In this document: positions 35,724-44,580 of the stretch, in pieces | Position numbering within the stretch: position 1 is the first letter of the stretch | Layout: every line of letters begins with the position of its first letter | Source of the DNA: Candidatus Micrarchaeota archaeon | GTDB taxonomy: Archaea; Micrarchaeota; Micrarchaeia; Micrarchaeales; CABMGC01 | Direction: 5' to 3' | Length of the DNA stretch: 50,767 nucleotides | Assembly: GCA_027328425.1 (NCBI GenBank) | Contig: DAHVUT010000026.1 | Location: forward strand, 1-50,767 | Position numbers and translations under genes: made by a program | The notes under the pieces: model-generated | The model's database searches: none | The model's input: the letters and a program-made list of their open reading frames with translations, nothing else | What the model was told of the DNA's origin: nothing

Positions 35724-36980
35724 ATGAGGACACAGCACAAGGCTGCGTTAGCGCTTGCCTTTCTGGTAATGCTCTACACATTCTATACAATACTGCTTCA
35801 GATAGGTGGCAGTACGATAGGGTTGATCCCCCAGCTCTTCTATGCCTTTTTTGTTGCAGCCATCGTATCGTTGCTCCTAAGTATGATTATGAACAGGGGG
35901 AGGGGGCTCGTATCCATACTCCGCAACCCAAAGATGCTCGCAGCCATACTCCTATTGGGCTTGGCCAATAGCGCTTTGTCCCAGCTTTCGCTGGGTTTTG
36001 GAACGCTGGGCACCAACCCCAGCATCGCATCGATAGTCTACCGCAGTTGGGTCATATTCGTAGTGCTGCTTACTCCGTTAGTCCTAAGGCAGAAAATCAG
36101 GCGGATGCAACTCATCGCCACACTAATCGGATTCGTTGGCCTTTATCTAATCGCAAGCGGGGGCACTCTGTTTGGGTTCAATTATGGCCAGTTGCCGTAT
36201 CTTGGCCTGGTGCTGTTTGCAGCAATGTGCAGCGTAGCACTAACGTTGGCGTACAGCAAGTACACATTTGATATATTTGGGGCCGTTGTACTGTTCAACC
36301 TTGCGTCTTTCGTGATGCTCGGCCTGTTGGCTGTGGCAACCCATACTAATTTGGCCATAAGTTTCCCCCCATCTGCATTGTTCACTGTATTGTTTTACGG
36401 AGCATTCAGTTTTGGCATAGCCTCTAGCCTCTACTACTACTCTGTGAAAGCGGCAGGGCCGAATGTCGTTGGCAACGTATTCCTGATAATACCGTTCCTC
36501 ACTATCCTGTTCGCCGCAATCTTCACAGGTACAGCAATCAAACCATATTACGTGGCGGCTGCCCTGTTGATCAGCGCGGGCGTACTGCTGCAAAGGCACT
36601 ACTCAGCACGGCAGGAACACATAACTAAGAACAGCATGCTGGACAGGTTCACAATATTTGACGTGACTGGAGCATTCATCGACAGCAAGAATCATGAAAT
36701 ACTGCATTACATTTCGAGCAACAGGAAAGCATTCGCAATAAGGATAGGCAAGAATGCCTTCGATACAGGACAGCACGCACACATTTTCAATGACCGCAAC
36801 TGCATCGCGTTCACTAATTATGCGCCGCACGAAGGAATAAAACGAAACGAGTTAGAGTTCATAGGCAAAGCAATGGGCATCCAGAACGGCGAATCCGTGC
36901 TCATAGGCATGGGCGACCCTGACAGCCTTGAAGACGCATTCGCAGAATTCATCTCTGCCTCTGGAGCAAACTCGGGGTAG
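35724..36980 (+). CDS. DMT/EamA family transporter with soluble C-terminal domain
   Basis: About 10 TM in two EamA-like repeats, then ~125 soluble aa; divergent from the Lrp regulator. Confidence 0.8.
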   Translation: MRTQHKAALALAFLVMLYTFYTILLQIGGSTIGLIPQLFYAFFVAAIVSLLLSMIMNRGRGLVSILRNPKMLAAILLLGLANSALSQLSLGFGTLGTNPSIASIVYRSWVIFVVLLTPLVLRQKIRRMQLIATLIGFVGLYLIASGGTLFGFNYGQLPYLGLVLFAAMCSVALTLAYSKYTFDIFGAVVLFNLASFVMLGLLAVATHTNLAISFPPSALFTVLFYGAFSFGIASSLYYYSVKAAGPNVVGNVFLIIPFLTILFAAIFTGTAIKPYYVAAALLISAGVLLQRHYSARQEHITKNSMLDRFTIFDVTGAFIDSKNHEILHYISSNRKAFAIRIGKNAFDTGQHAHIFNDRNCIAFTNYAPHEGIKRNELEFIGKAMGIQNGESVLIGMGDPDSLEDAFAEFISASGANSG

Positions 36981-37039
36981 CGATAGCAGGCTGAGAATCA
37001 GAAATGCGGTCACAACATTGGCTGATAAAAGCGGCCGGC

Positions 37040-39232
37040 TCAGTCCATGTACTCCTGCGGCTTCGGCGGCTCCTCCTTGAGCCCCTTCCTCTTCCTTATC
37101 TCCCTGACCACTTTCTCCTGCAGATCCTTCGGCAGCTTCTCGTAGCCGGCATACTCGGAATACCATATTGCCCTGCCGGCAGTGGCGCTCCGCATCTCGT
37201 TCGAGAATCCTTTGATGACCTCGGCCACCGGCATCTTCGCCACTATGGTAGCGGCCTCGCCTTCCTGCGAGACCTCCTGCACCTGCCCCCTCCTTCCCTG
37301 CAGCAGCGTTATTATAGTCGACATGTACTCCTGCGGCACGTTGACAGTGAATATCTGCTTCGGCTCGAGCAGTTGCACGCCTGCGAGCAGCATGCCCGCC
37401 CAGATCGGACGCCTCATCGCCGGCATTATCTGCGCCGGACCCCTGTGCACCGGGTCCTCGTGTATCGTGGCGTCGTTGATCAGCACCTTAATCCCGTAGC
37501 ACTTCTCCTTGACAAGGGGCCCCTCGCGCACTGCCTCCTCGAAGCCGTCTATCAGCAGCTCCTCCACCTCGTTGAGGTACTGCACCCCGTGCGTGGCGTC
37601 TATCAGCACGCTGGCCGTGGCCACATCCCATATGCCCCTCGCCTCCTCCCTCGGCATGCCCGCCTCGACGAGCGCCTCCAGATACTGCTTGCCCTTGGGC
37701 GTGCCCTCCTTGATCGAGCCGTTCTCTATCAGCTCGAGCACCCCCTTCTCGAGCGGCATTATGGTGACCTCGAACTTGCTGTGCCTGTTCGGCGTCTTGC
37801 CCTCTATCTCCTCGGTCTTGCCCTCTATAGTCTCCTTGTAGAGCACGATCGGGTCGCTCGTTATTATCGGTATCTTGAACTCGTCGCGTATCTTCGTTTC
37901 CACTATCTCCAGGTGCAGCTCGCCGTTGCCGCTCACCAGGTGCTCGCCAGTCTCCTGGTTCAGGCTCACCACCAGCCCCGGGTCTATCTTCGAGAGCTCC
38001 CTGAGCGCCTCTATCAGCTTGAGCGTGTCCTTTGACTCCTTAGTGTCTATCGTCTTGGTCACAACAGGCTTGGCGTAGTGCGTTATCTGCTCGAAGGGCA
38101 GTATGCTGCCCTCGCTGAGCGTATCGCCTATCATAAGGTCCTTTATGCCCACTATCGCCGCTATGTTGCCCGCCGCAACCTCGTCTATCTGCACGCGGTC
38201 GTTGCTCATGTACAGGCCCACCTGCTGTATCTTCTCCTGGTCCGGCCTGCCTGATATGTAGACCATCGTGCCCTTCCTTATGGTGCCGGAGAACACCCTG
38301 CCTATCGCCACCTCGCCGCCGTGCGGGTCGTAGCTTATGCCTATGACCACCACATTGGCCTTCGAACCCGAATCCACATTGCGCATTGCCTTGCCGTCCT
38401 CGCTCTCCATGTCGCCCTTCCAGAGGTGGGGTATCCTGTAGGGCTGCGCCACCTTCGGGCTCGGGAGGTGCTCTATTATCATGGTGAGCGTCGCCTCGTC
38501 TATCGGCGCCACTTCCTGCAGCTTCGCTATGTCGTTAGCCTCGGTGAGCGCGTATATGTCCTTGAACGTGATCTTGTACTTGTCCATTATGCGCGTCGAT
38601 ATGGCCCAGCGCTCCTGAGCGCTGCCTATGCAGACGCTGCCGTCCTCCACGCTGACCTTCCACTTGCTCGAGAGCTCCTCCGGAGCGTAGTTGGCTATCA
38701 GCTTGTTGACCTCGTTTATGAGCTTGAGCAGCCTTTCGAACGTCTGCTGCGGGTCGAGCTTCAGCTCAGTCAGCAGCCTGTCGACCTTGTTTATGAAGAG
38801 CACGGGCTTCGCCCTCTCCTTCATGGCCTGCCTGACCACTGTCTCGGTCTGCGGCATTATGCCCTCGAGAGCGTCCACCACCACGATCACGCCGTCCACG
38901 GCCCGCATCGCCCTAGTAACGTGGAAACCGAAGTCGACGTGCCCCGGCGTGTCTATGAGGTTTATTATGTACTCCTTGCCCTGGTAGTCAAAGGCGAGCG
39001 ATATGTTCGCCGACTTTATAGTCATCTTCCTGTCCTTCTCTATGGCCTCGTAGTTCGTGTAGAGCACTTCGCCGGCCACCTGCTTCGATATTATGCCAGC
39101 CTTGGCGAGCAGCGAGTCGGTGAGCGTCGTCTTGCCGTGGTGGACGTGCGCCACTATGGCCACGTTCCTTATCTGGTCCACATTGCGCATTATCTTTGCT
39201 ACTTCCTCTGCTACGAGCTCCTTCCTTACCAT
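37040..39232 (-). CDS. fusA: elongation factor aEF-2
   Basis: IRN..AHVHHGKTT, DTPGHVDF, NKVD, GELHLE, HEDPVHRGPAQI diphthamide loop. Confidence 0.98.
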   Translation of the reverse strand: MVRKELVAEEVAKIMRNVDQIRNVAIVAHVHHGKTTLTDSLLAKAGIISKQVAGEVLYTNYEAIEKDRKMTIKSANISLAFDYQGKEYIINLIDTPGHVDFGFHVTRAMRAVDGVIVVVDALEGIMPQTETVVRQAMKERAKPVLFINKVDRLLTELKLDPQQTFERLLKLINEVNKLIANYAPEELSSKWKVSVEDGSVCIGSAQERWAISTRIMDKYKITFKDIYALTEANDIAKLQEVAPIDEATLTMIIEHLPSPKVAQPYRIPHLWKGDMESEDGKAMRNVDSGSKANVVVIGISYDPHGGEVAIGRVFSGTIRKGTMVYISGRPDQEKIQQVGLYMSNDRVQIDEVAAGNIAAIVGIKDLMIGDTLSEGSILPFEQITHYAKPVVTKTIDTKESKDTLKLIEALRELSKIDPGLVVSLNQETGEHLVSGNGELHLEIVETKIRDEFKIPIITSDPIVLYKETIEGKTEEIEGKTPNRHSKFEVTIMPLEKGVLELIENGSIKEGTPKGKQYLEALVEAGMPREEARGIWDVATASVLIDATHGVQYLNEVEELLIDGFEEAVREGPLVKEKCYGIKVLINDATIHEDPVHRGPAQIMPAMRRPIWAGMLLAGVQLLEPKQIFTVNVPQEYMSTIITLLQGRRGQVQEVSQEGEAATIVAKMPVAEVIKGFSNEMRSATAGRAIWYSEYAGYEKLPKDLQEKVVREIRKRKGLKEEPPKPQEYMD

Positions 39233-39237
39233 AAAGA

Positions 39238-40023
39238 TTACCTTGCGCTCCTCGCTATGCGTTCAGCCTCCACGCGTCTCTTTATCGCGTAGCTGCTCGC
39301 ATCCTTGTTTGCGGCGAGCACGAGCTCGTCCGCAAGCGCCTCGGAGAGGCTCTTCCTGCTCTTGAAAGCGCTTATCAGCGCCGAGAGCGCCACGTTGCGC
39401 AACGCCACGTCAAGGCGCCTCGCTGCGCTTATGCCTGTGGCCACGTTGTAGTTGATGCCTCCGTACCTCACCCTGGTGGTGTCTTCTATAGGTGCGGCGT
39501 TCTCGAGCGCATCAACGAGCACCTGCAGCGGGTTCTTGCCAGTGCGCCTGCTTATGTTCTCGAACGCCTGCTCGACGACATGCATCAGCTTGAGCTTCTT
39601 GCCCTGGAGCGCGCCCTTGGTCCTTATGACCCTGCCGCCTATCTTGGCGCCTGTGCCTCCGCGCATCATCTTGTTTATCAGGCGTTCCACTATGTTGGTA
39701 TGGGCCGCATAGTACGTCCTGTGCCTGCGCCTGCCGAACGTGTTGGGATAGGCGCGCGGGGAGAGCGTTATGTAATTGGCCAGGCTCGGGTCGTCGACAG
39801 TCACATCCGTCGAATCGTACTTGCCGAAGAACAGCGGAGAAAGCAGGGCGGCTGAGCCTGCGGGCTTGGCAGCGCCCCTGGGGCTTCTCCTGCTTGCGCC
39901 CCTGGCCTTCGGAGCAGCTTGCTCCTGCGCGGGAGCCTCCTGCTTTGGCGCCTCCTGCATCGCCCCCTGCCTCTCAGCGTTCTCCCGAACATTGACCTTG
40001 TTATCGCTAGCTTCCTCAGCCAT
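39238..40023 (-). CDS. rps7: ribosomal protein S7 (uS7) with N-terminal extension
   Basis: IVERLINKMM, NPLQVLVDALENAAP.E, RRLDVALR, ERIARSAR. Confidence 0.96.
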   Translation of the reverse strand: MAEEASDNKVNVRENAERQGAMQEAPKQEAPAQEQAAPKARGASRRSPRGAAKPAGSAALLSPLFFGKYDSTDVTVDDPSLANYITLSPRAYPNTFGRRRHRTYYAAHTNIVERLINKMMRGGTGAKIGGRVIRTKGALQGKKLKLMHVVEQAFENISRRTGKNPLQVLVDALENAAPIEDTTRVRYGGINYNVATGISAARRLDVALRNVALSALISAFKSRKSLSEALADELVLAANKDASSYAIKRRVEAERIARSAR

Positions 40024-40027
40024 ATTA

Positions 40028-40456
40028 TCATCTCTTGGGCTTCTCCATCCTGCCCTTGACTATCTGGTAGAGGTCGGCCCCGTTGAGGCCCACAACCCTG
40101 TACTTCAAGCCTGCTATGCTCCCCATCTGGCCTCTCTGCGAGCCGCCCATTCCCTGTATCATGACCTCGTCGTGCTCCTCTATGAAGTTTATAGCTCCGT
40201 CGTACGGCACGTACGCGCCTACGACCTTGCCGTTCTTCACGAGCTGAACGCGCACGCACTTTATGAGCCCCGAGTGCGGCTGCTTCTGCTGGAGCACGAA
40301 CTTCTGCAGCACGATCGCCCTCGCCATGGGCACCGTGCCCACGGGGTCGTACTTCTGCTTCAGCTTGAAGTACTTCCTCTTCCACCACTTCTTGAGCAGG
40401 CGCTCGCGCTTGCGCTTCTTTACAAGCTTCAACGCAGCGAATTCGCCCTTTGCCAT
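40028..40456 (-). CDS. rps12: ribosomal protein S12 (uS12)
   Basis: KQPHSG..KCVRVQLVKNGK, DGAINFIEEHDEV. Confidence 0.96.
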   Translation of the reverse strand: MAKGEFAALKLVKKRKRERLLKKWWKRKYFKLKQKYDPVGTVPMARAIVLQKFVLQQKQPHSGLIKCVRVQLVKNGKVVGAYVPYDGAINFIEEHDEVMIQGMGGSQRGQMGSIAGLKYRVVGLNGADLYQIVKGRMEKPKR

Positions 40457-40460
40457 AGCA

Positions 40461-40766
40461 TCATTCCTTGTACTCGTTCTCGAGTATCTTCGAGTTGCCT
40501 GCCTCGATGACTGCCAGGCTGCTCACCGAGTGCGGCTTCCCGCACACAGTGCCGAGCTCCATGGAGTTGCCCTTGAACTTCATCAGCCTTATGCCAGCTA
40601 TCGCGCAGGCGTGCTCTATGTCGGCGCTGGAGCCGCTCCTGCCCACTTCGCTGATTATTACGAGCTTGGCAGTATTGCTGTTTATGGCGCGCATGCTCTC
40701 CTCCGCGCCGAGCGCCACTTTGCCTGTGCCTATAGCGAGCCTTATGTCGCTGTTCAAGTCAGCCAT
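40461..40766 (-). CDS. rpl30e: ribosomal protein L30e
   Basis: AIGTGKVALG, GNSMELGTVCGKPH, GNSKIL. Confidence 0.93.
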   Translation of the reverse strand: MADLNSDIRLAIGTGKVALGAEESMRAINSNTAKLVIISEVGRSGSSADIEHACAIAGIRLMKFKGNSMELGTVCGKPHSVSSLAVIEAGNSKILENEYKE

Positions 40767-40886
40767 CGAATCTAACCGCTAATGAAAAAGCGTTTCCCAA
40801 AGAAACCGCGCATATAATGGCTGCGCTAAAGTATATAAAGTGTGCCTGACTCCGCGCTGCGCAATGCAGCCGGCCCGTCTTTGGCA

Positions 40887-41444
40887 CTAATCGCGCTTGC
40901 GGGGCAACGCCTGCCTGTTTTGCTGTGCCTCTTCAAGCAGAAGTATTGCATGCTTGGCCCTATCAGCAGCAATCGCGGCAGGGTATTGACCTATGCCACC
41001 TGACGGTACAGGCAACCTGAGTTTTAATTTTGCTGATTTGTATAATCCTTCAAGCAGCGTTTCCTGGCCCCAACCGAGCTGCTCCTCGATCGCACCGACA
41101 TATTCAGCGACAATTTCCTCGACTGTTCTGTTGCTATCGTCTCTTTTAGTGACGTCCTTGACCAGACGGCCCGATAAGCCTTCCAGATGCATCACTAGGT
41201 TGCGTATCCGGATCTCAGGGTCGTCGCCCACACTGGGCGTCTTTGGGCCTATTCCTTCTCTGACGGCAGGCGTCTCTCTCTGTCTGCTTGATACCCTTTT
41301 GACTCTGCTATCTTTTTCACCGACATAACTATCAGGCAACTTTGATTCTGGATAGATATATGCTTTTGCTTGTGCCCCATTTGACGAAAATCGGTCGGGT
41401 GCAGTTCCCGGCCTGCGCCGCCGTAGGAAGCAATTGTGGCGCAC
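40887..41444 (-). CDS. hypothetical protein
   Basis: 185-aa ORF; GTG start overlaps the TAG of the upstream gene. Confidence 0.55.
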   Translation of the reverse strand: MRHNCFLRRRRPGTAPDRFSSNGAQAKAYIYPESKLPDSYVGEKDSRVKRVSSRQRETPAVREGIGPKTPSVGDDPEIRIRNLVMHLEGLSGRLVKDVTKRDDSNRTVEEIVAEYVGAIEEQLGWGQETLLEGLYKSAKLKLRLPVPSGGIGQYPAAIAADRAKHAILLLEEAQQNRQALPRKRD

Positions 41445-42115
41445 TATGGTCGTGGAGCTGCTGCGCCTTTCAGGAAATCCATGAGCGTCATGGTGTCTGG
41501 CTTGCCAAAATTGTTCAACGCGCCCAAGAACTCTCCCATGTTATTTAGTATTTTGTCAGGCTCGGCGAGCAGCTCGCCTGCTTTCTCTCCGATCTGACCC
41601 AAGTAGGCATGGAGGTTCACAACGTTCGCTTTCACTGTGCGCTTCAAGTTGTAAGAGAGCAGCATCTGGAGCCCATTCGACAGCGCGGTCGCACCGTCCT
41701 TCTTATAGCTGTTGAGAATGTCGCACACAACCAGATCAGTGAATGCGTTCACTCTTTCGTCCATCTCCTCCCGATCGGAAGGGCTCATTACAGTGCCCAT
41801 GGTCCCCTTTACGGCGCCGTGTATCGCCGCAATAGAGAGCCCGAGCCTCGAATAGCTCTTTTGCACTACCGGGTCGTTCCTCAGCATCAGATTAAACGAA
41901 TCATACACCATGTGCACCGGCCTAGGTGCATCGCCTGTATCCAGCACAGCCTTTACGTAGCTCGCGTATGGCGCGTACTCCTCCCCCCTGCGCATTTCAG
42001 AGTCGCCCCTGACTGCCTGCTTGATTTTGGCCGTGGCTTCAGGGCTCGCCGGAGGCGCAGTATCATCCCACAGTCGATTGGCCTCACTTTCGTGCGTCTC
42101 CCTCTTCCCGATCAC
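41444..42115 (-). CDS. hypothetical helical protein
   Basis: 223-aa ORF tightly packed with its neighbours. Confidence 0.65.
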   Translation of the reverse strand: MIGKRETHESEANRLWDDTAPPASPEATAKIKQAVRGDSEMRRGEEYAPYASYVKAVLDTGDAPRPVHMVYDSFNLMLRNDPVVQKSYSRLGLSIAAIHGAVKGTMGTVMSPSDREEMDERVNAFTDLVVCDILNSYKKDGATALSNGLQMLLSYNLKRTVKANVVNLHAYLGQIGEKAGELLAEPDKILNNMGEFLGALNNFGKPDTMTLMDFLKGAAAPRP

Positions 42116-42125
42116 TACATCACGC

Positions 42126-42692
42126 TCACATCCTATGGTCGAGAGAGCCCAGGCACGAGTCGACAGCCTCTTTCACATCGCCAGGCGGAAGGTTTTCGCT
42201 CATGCTTTTGAGTATTTTAACCGCAGTCCTGCCATCGGCAAGTTCAGCTGACGCCAACTCCACGATCGTGCTCAGGATCAGAGGATCGGCATTGGGCGAG
42301 GAAATCGCCAATTCCTCTACCTTCCCCAGCACCATCGGTAGCGCCTTCTGCCATTCTGCATCCTGAAGCACATTTTTCATGGATGAGAAGTCCTCCATCA
42401 CGTGCGTGACGCTACTCTCTCCGAACGCCTTGCTTCCAAAATTACCGACCACCATGTCCACAACACCTCCTTTTTCTTTAGGCGCACCGGTCCTTTCCCT
42501 GAGGTCGCTCATCAGCGCCATTTGCAGTTCACGTTGCTCCTTTGGATCCATTTTCTTTTGGTCAGACGCCCGCTTCTTCTGCTGCTGGTCTATGGCCATA
42601 CTGTCAACTTCCATTTCGGCGCCTCCAAATGAGACGAGACTATTGTGGGCTGTCCACGTGTGTACCTTATCCAATCTGCTCATATTTGTCAC
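42126..42692 (-). CDS. hypothetical helical protein
   Basis: 188-aa ORF (start 42692, 42683 or later); TATA-like sequence near 42715. Confidence 0.6.
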   Translation of the reverse strand: MTNMSRLDKVHTWTAHNSLVSFGGAEMEVDSMAIDQQQKKRASDQKKMDPKEQRELQMALMSDLRERTGAPKEKGGVVDMVVGNFGSKAFGESSVTHVMEDFSSMKNVLQDAEWQKALPMVLGKVEELAISSPNADPLILSTIVELASAELADGRTAVKILKSMSENLPPGDVKEAVDSCLGSLDHRM

Positions 42693-42780
42693 AAACAGGC
42701 TTTGCCTTGGGGGGATATATACTTTTGCTTATGCCGCATCCTGAGACGCGCACCGGCCCTTCCGGAACCAGGAACACGTG

Positions 42781-43458
42781 CTACCTAGATATGTAACCGT
42801 GACCGTTATTTTTCTGCTGCGCTGTCCCGTCTTTTGGATTGCAGTTCTGCTGCTTCGGTTCTGCTTCAGGGTCGTCATTCTGACTCCCTGCACTGCTTTT
42901 GGAGTCATCAGCTTCGCGTTTTGTTTTGTCGCGCTGGAGTTTACGCATTCTGTCTTTAAAATAGCTGAAAGTGCCGTGGCCGAACACGCTACTGGAAGGT
43001 GCTACGCCCTCTCCGCCCTCGCGTTGCCCTGTTTTGTCTTTTGGCGCATCCGTCTGCTGCTCTTCGCTGCTCGTCGAGAGCATTTTCTGCACAATTTTAT
43101 CTTTAAAGGCATCAGTGGTTTTGTAGCCAAGCAGTGTTTTGAACGCCTCGCGGACTCCCCCTTCGTCTTTTGCAACGGCACCTGCAACCTCATCTATCGC
43201 GTCGCTCAGTCTGGCTTCGTTCTTGTTGGTGACAGACACGCCCAATTCGATTATCAGATACTTCAGCCTGCCGTTGCGGGCCTTATTGTCACTGCCATAT
43301 CTATCATCCAGCCAGCGCCTGAATTCTTCGGAGCACGCCTTAACATCCCTGCCGTCCGTATCCAGCATTTCCTTCTTGAACTGATCGTAGCTCAGCTTAT
43401 TCTCATGCTTATGTTCTATCTTAGTGGCCACCCCGGCCACCATGCCCCCGTCCACCAT
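42781..43458 (-). CDS. hypothetical protein with charged, low-complexity C-terminus
   Basis: 225-aa ORF; TATA-like sequence near 43482-43490. Confidence 0.6.
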   Translation of the reverse strand: MVDGGMVAGVATKIEHKHENKLSYDQFKKEMLDTDGRDVKACSEEFRRWLDDRYGSDNKARNGRLKYLIIELGVSVTNKNEARLSDAIDEVAGAVAKDEGGVREAFKTLLGYKTTDAFKDKIVQKMLSTSSEEQQTDAPKDKTGQREGGEGVAPSSSVFGHGTFSYFKDRMRKLQRDKTKREADDSKSSAGSQNDDPEAEPKQQNCNPKDGTAQQKNNGHGYISR

Positions 43459-43506
43459 AACCCTGTTTTGCCGCTGGGCAAATATAATACTTTGCAGTAG
43501 GTTTGG

Positions 43507-44556
43507 CTACTTATGTGCAGAAAGCGTTGTGTTGCAGCCGGCCGGAGTTGCGAGCTGGCCGCTCAGCAGCAGCTTCACATAGCCCAGCGCGGGCACATCG
43601 GCCACGACGTAGCCCACGACGTCGCTCTGGTTGACCGGATAGTTGCCGAACTCAATGTCGAGCGCCTGGTTGTTGTCTCCTTTGGTCAGGAAATAGTATG
43701 TGCCGCTGACGTTCAGCGCCGCATACACCCTGTGCACTATGTCACCGCTGAACGCGTCGTTGCCCGTCGCCCTGTACACTATTATAGGATTGCTGTAGTT
43801 CTCCGTCAGGCTCGTGTTCAGTATGCCTATGCTGGAGGTGTACAGCGCCTTGAAGACGTAGTTCCCGTACGAGAGGTTGCCGAGCGAGTAGCTGTACCAT
43901 ATGGGCAGGCCTGCCTGGCCGCCGACCCTGCAGCCGGCTATGCCGCCAGGTCTGCCGTAATAATCGGCCGCAGAGACGCAGACAGTGTTGTACAGGCCGA
44001 CGTTGTACGGCGTGCTGTTCTCGAGCACGTACGTTATCCTGGATGCGTTGCCGTAGTATGCAAAGTACGCCAGGAACTCGTTCGACATGTTGCGCTGCAT
44101 CGCGTCGAAGGCCGATGCGCTCATGCTAACCACAGGAATATGCTTCTGGGCCACGAAAGACGAGAAGTTGCCTATGCCATGAAGCACCACGAGGTCGCCC
44201 CTGTGCATCGTCGGCAGCATGCTGCAGCTCGAGACTGCGTCCAGCGGGGCCGCCGTCTGGAGGAAAGCTGCGAGGAGCACCCACACGACTATGGCGGCAC
44301 CCACAGCTATGCCTATGTCCAGCAGCCCTCTCTTCGCACCCTCGTTTGCTATGCTTGCCTTCACCTCAAGTACAACAAGCGCTATTATGAGCAGCACGGC
44401 CGCAGCGCCCACAAGTGCGCTGCCGTAGAGCGCGTAGAGCGCTATAAGCGCGAACAGCAGTATGTAAAGGAGCCATAGGTAGAGCTCGCTCCTCCTATTA
44501 CCTTTTTTCGCAGCCCCGGGTCCTTGCCTCCTCTGCGCGTTCCTTCTAGCGTTCAC
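43507..44556 (-). CDS. signal peptidase I (S26, Sec11-type) with large insertion
   Basis: VSSCSMLPTMHRGDL (catalytic Ser), IVHRV (His), TKGDNN. Confidence 0.88.
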   Translation of the reverse strand: MNARRNAQRRQGPGAAKKGNRRSELYLWLLYILLFALIALYALYGSALVGAAAVLLIIALVVLEVKASIANEGAKRGLLDIGIAVGAAIVVWVLLAAFLQTAAPLDAVSSCSMLPTMHRGDLVVLHGIGNFSSFVAQKHIPVVSMSASAFDAMQRNMSNEFLAYFAYYGNASRITYVLENSTPYNVGLYNTVCVSAADYYGRPGGIAGCRVGGQAGLPIWYSYSLGNLSYGNYVFKALYTSSIGILNTSLTENYSNPIIVYRATGNDAFSGDIVHRVYAALNVSGTYYFLTKGDNNQALDIEFGNYPVNQSDVVGYVVADVPALGYVKLLLSGQLATPAGCNTTLSAHK

Positions 44557-44580
44557 GTGTTGACATCGAATGCGAAATTA

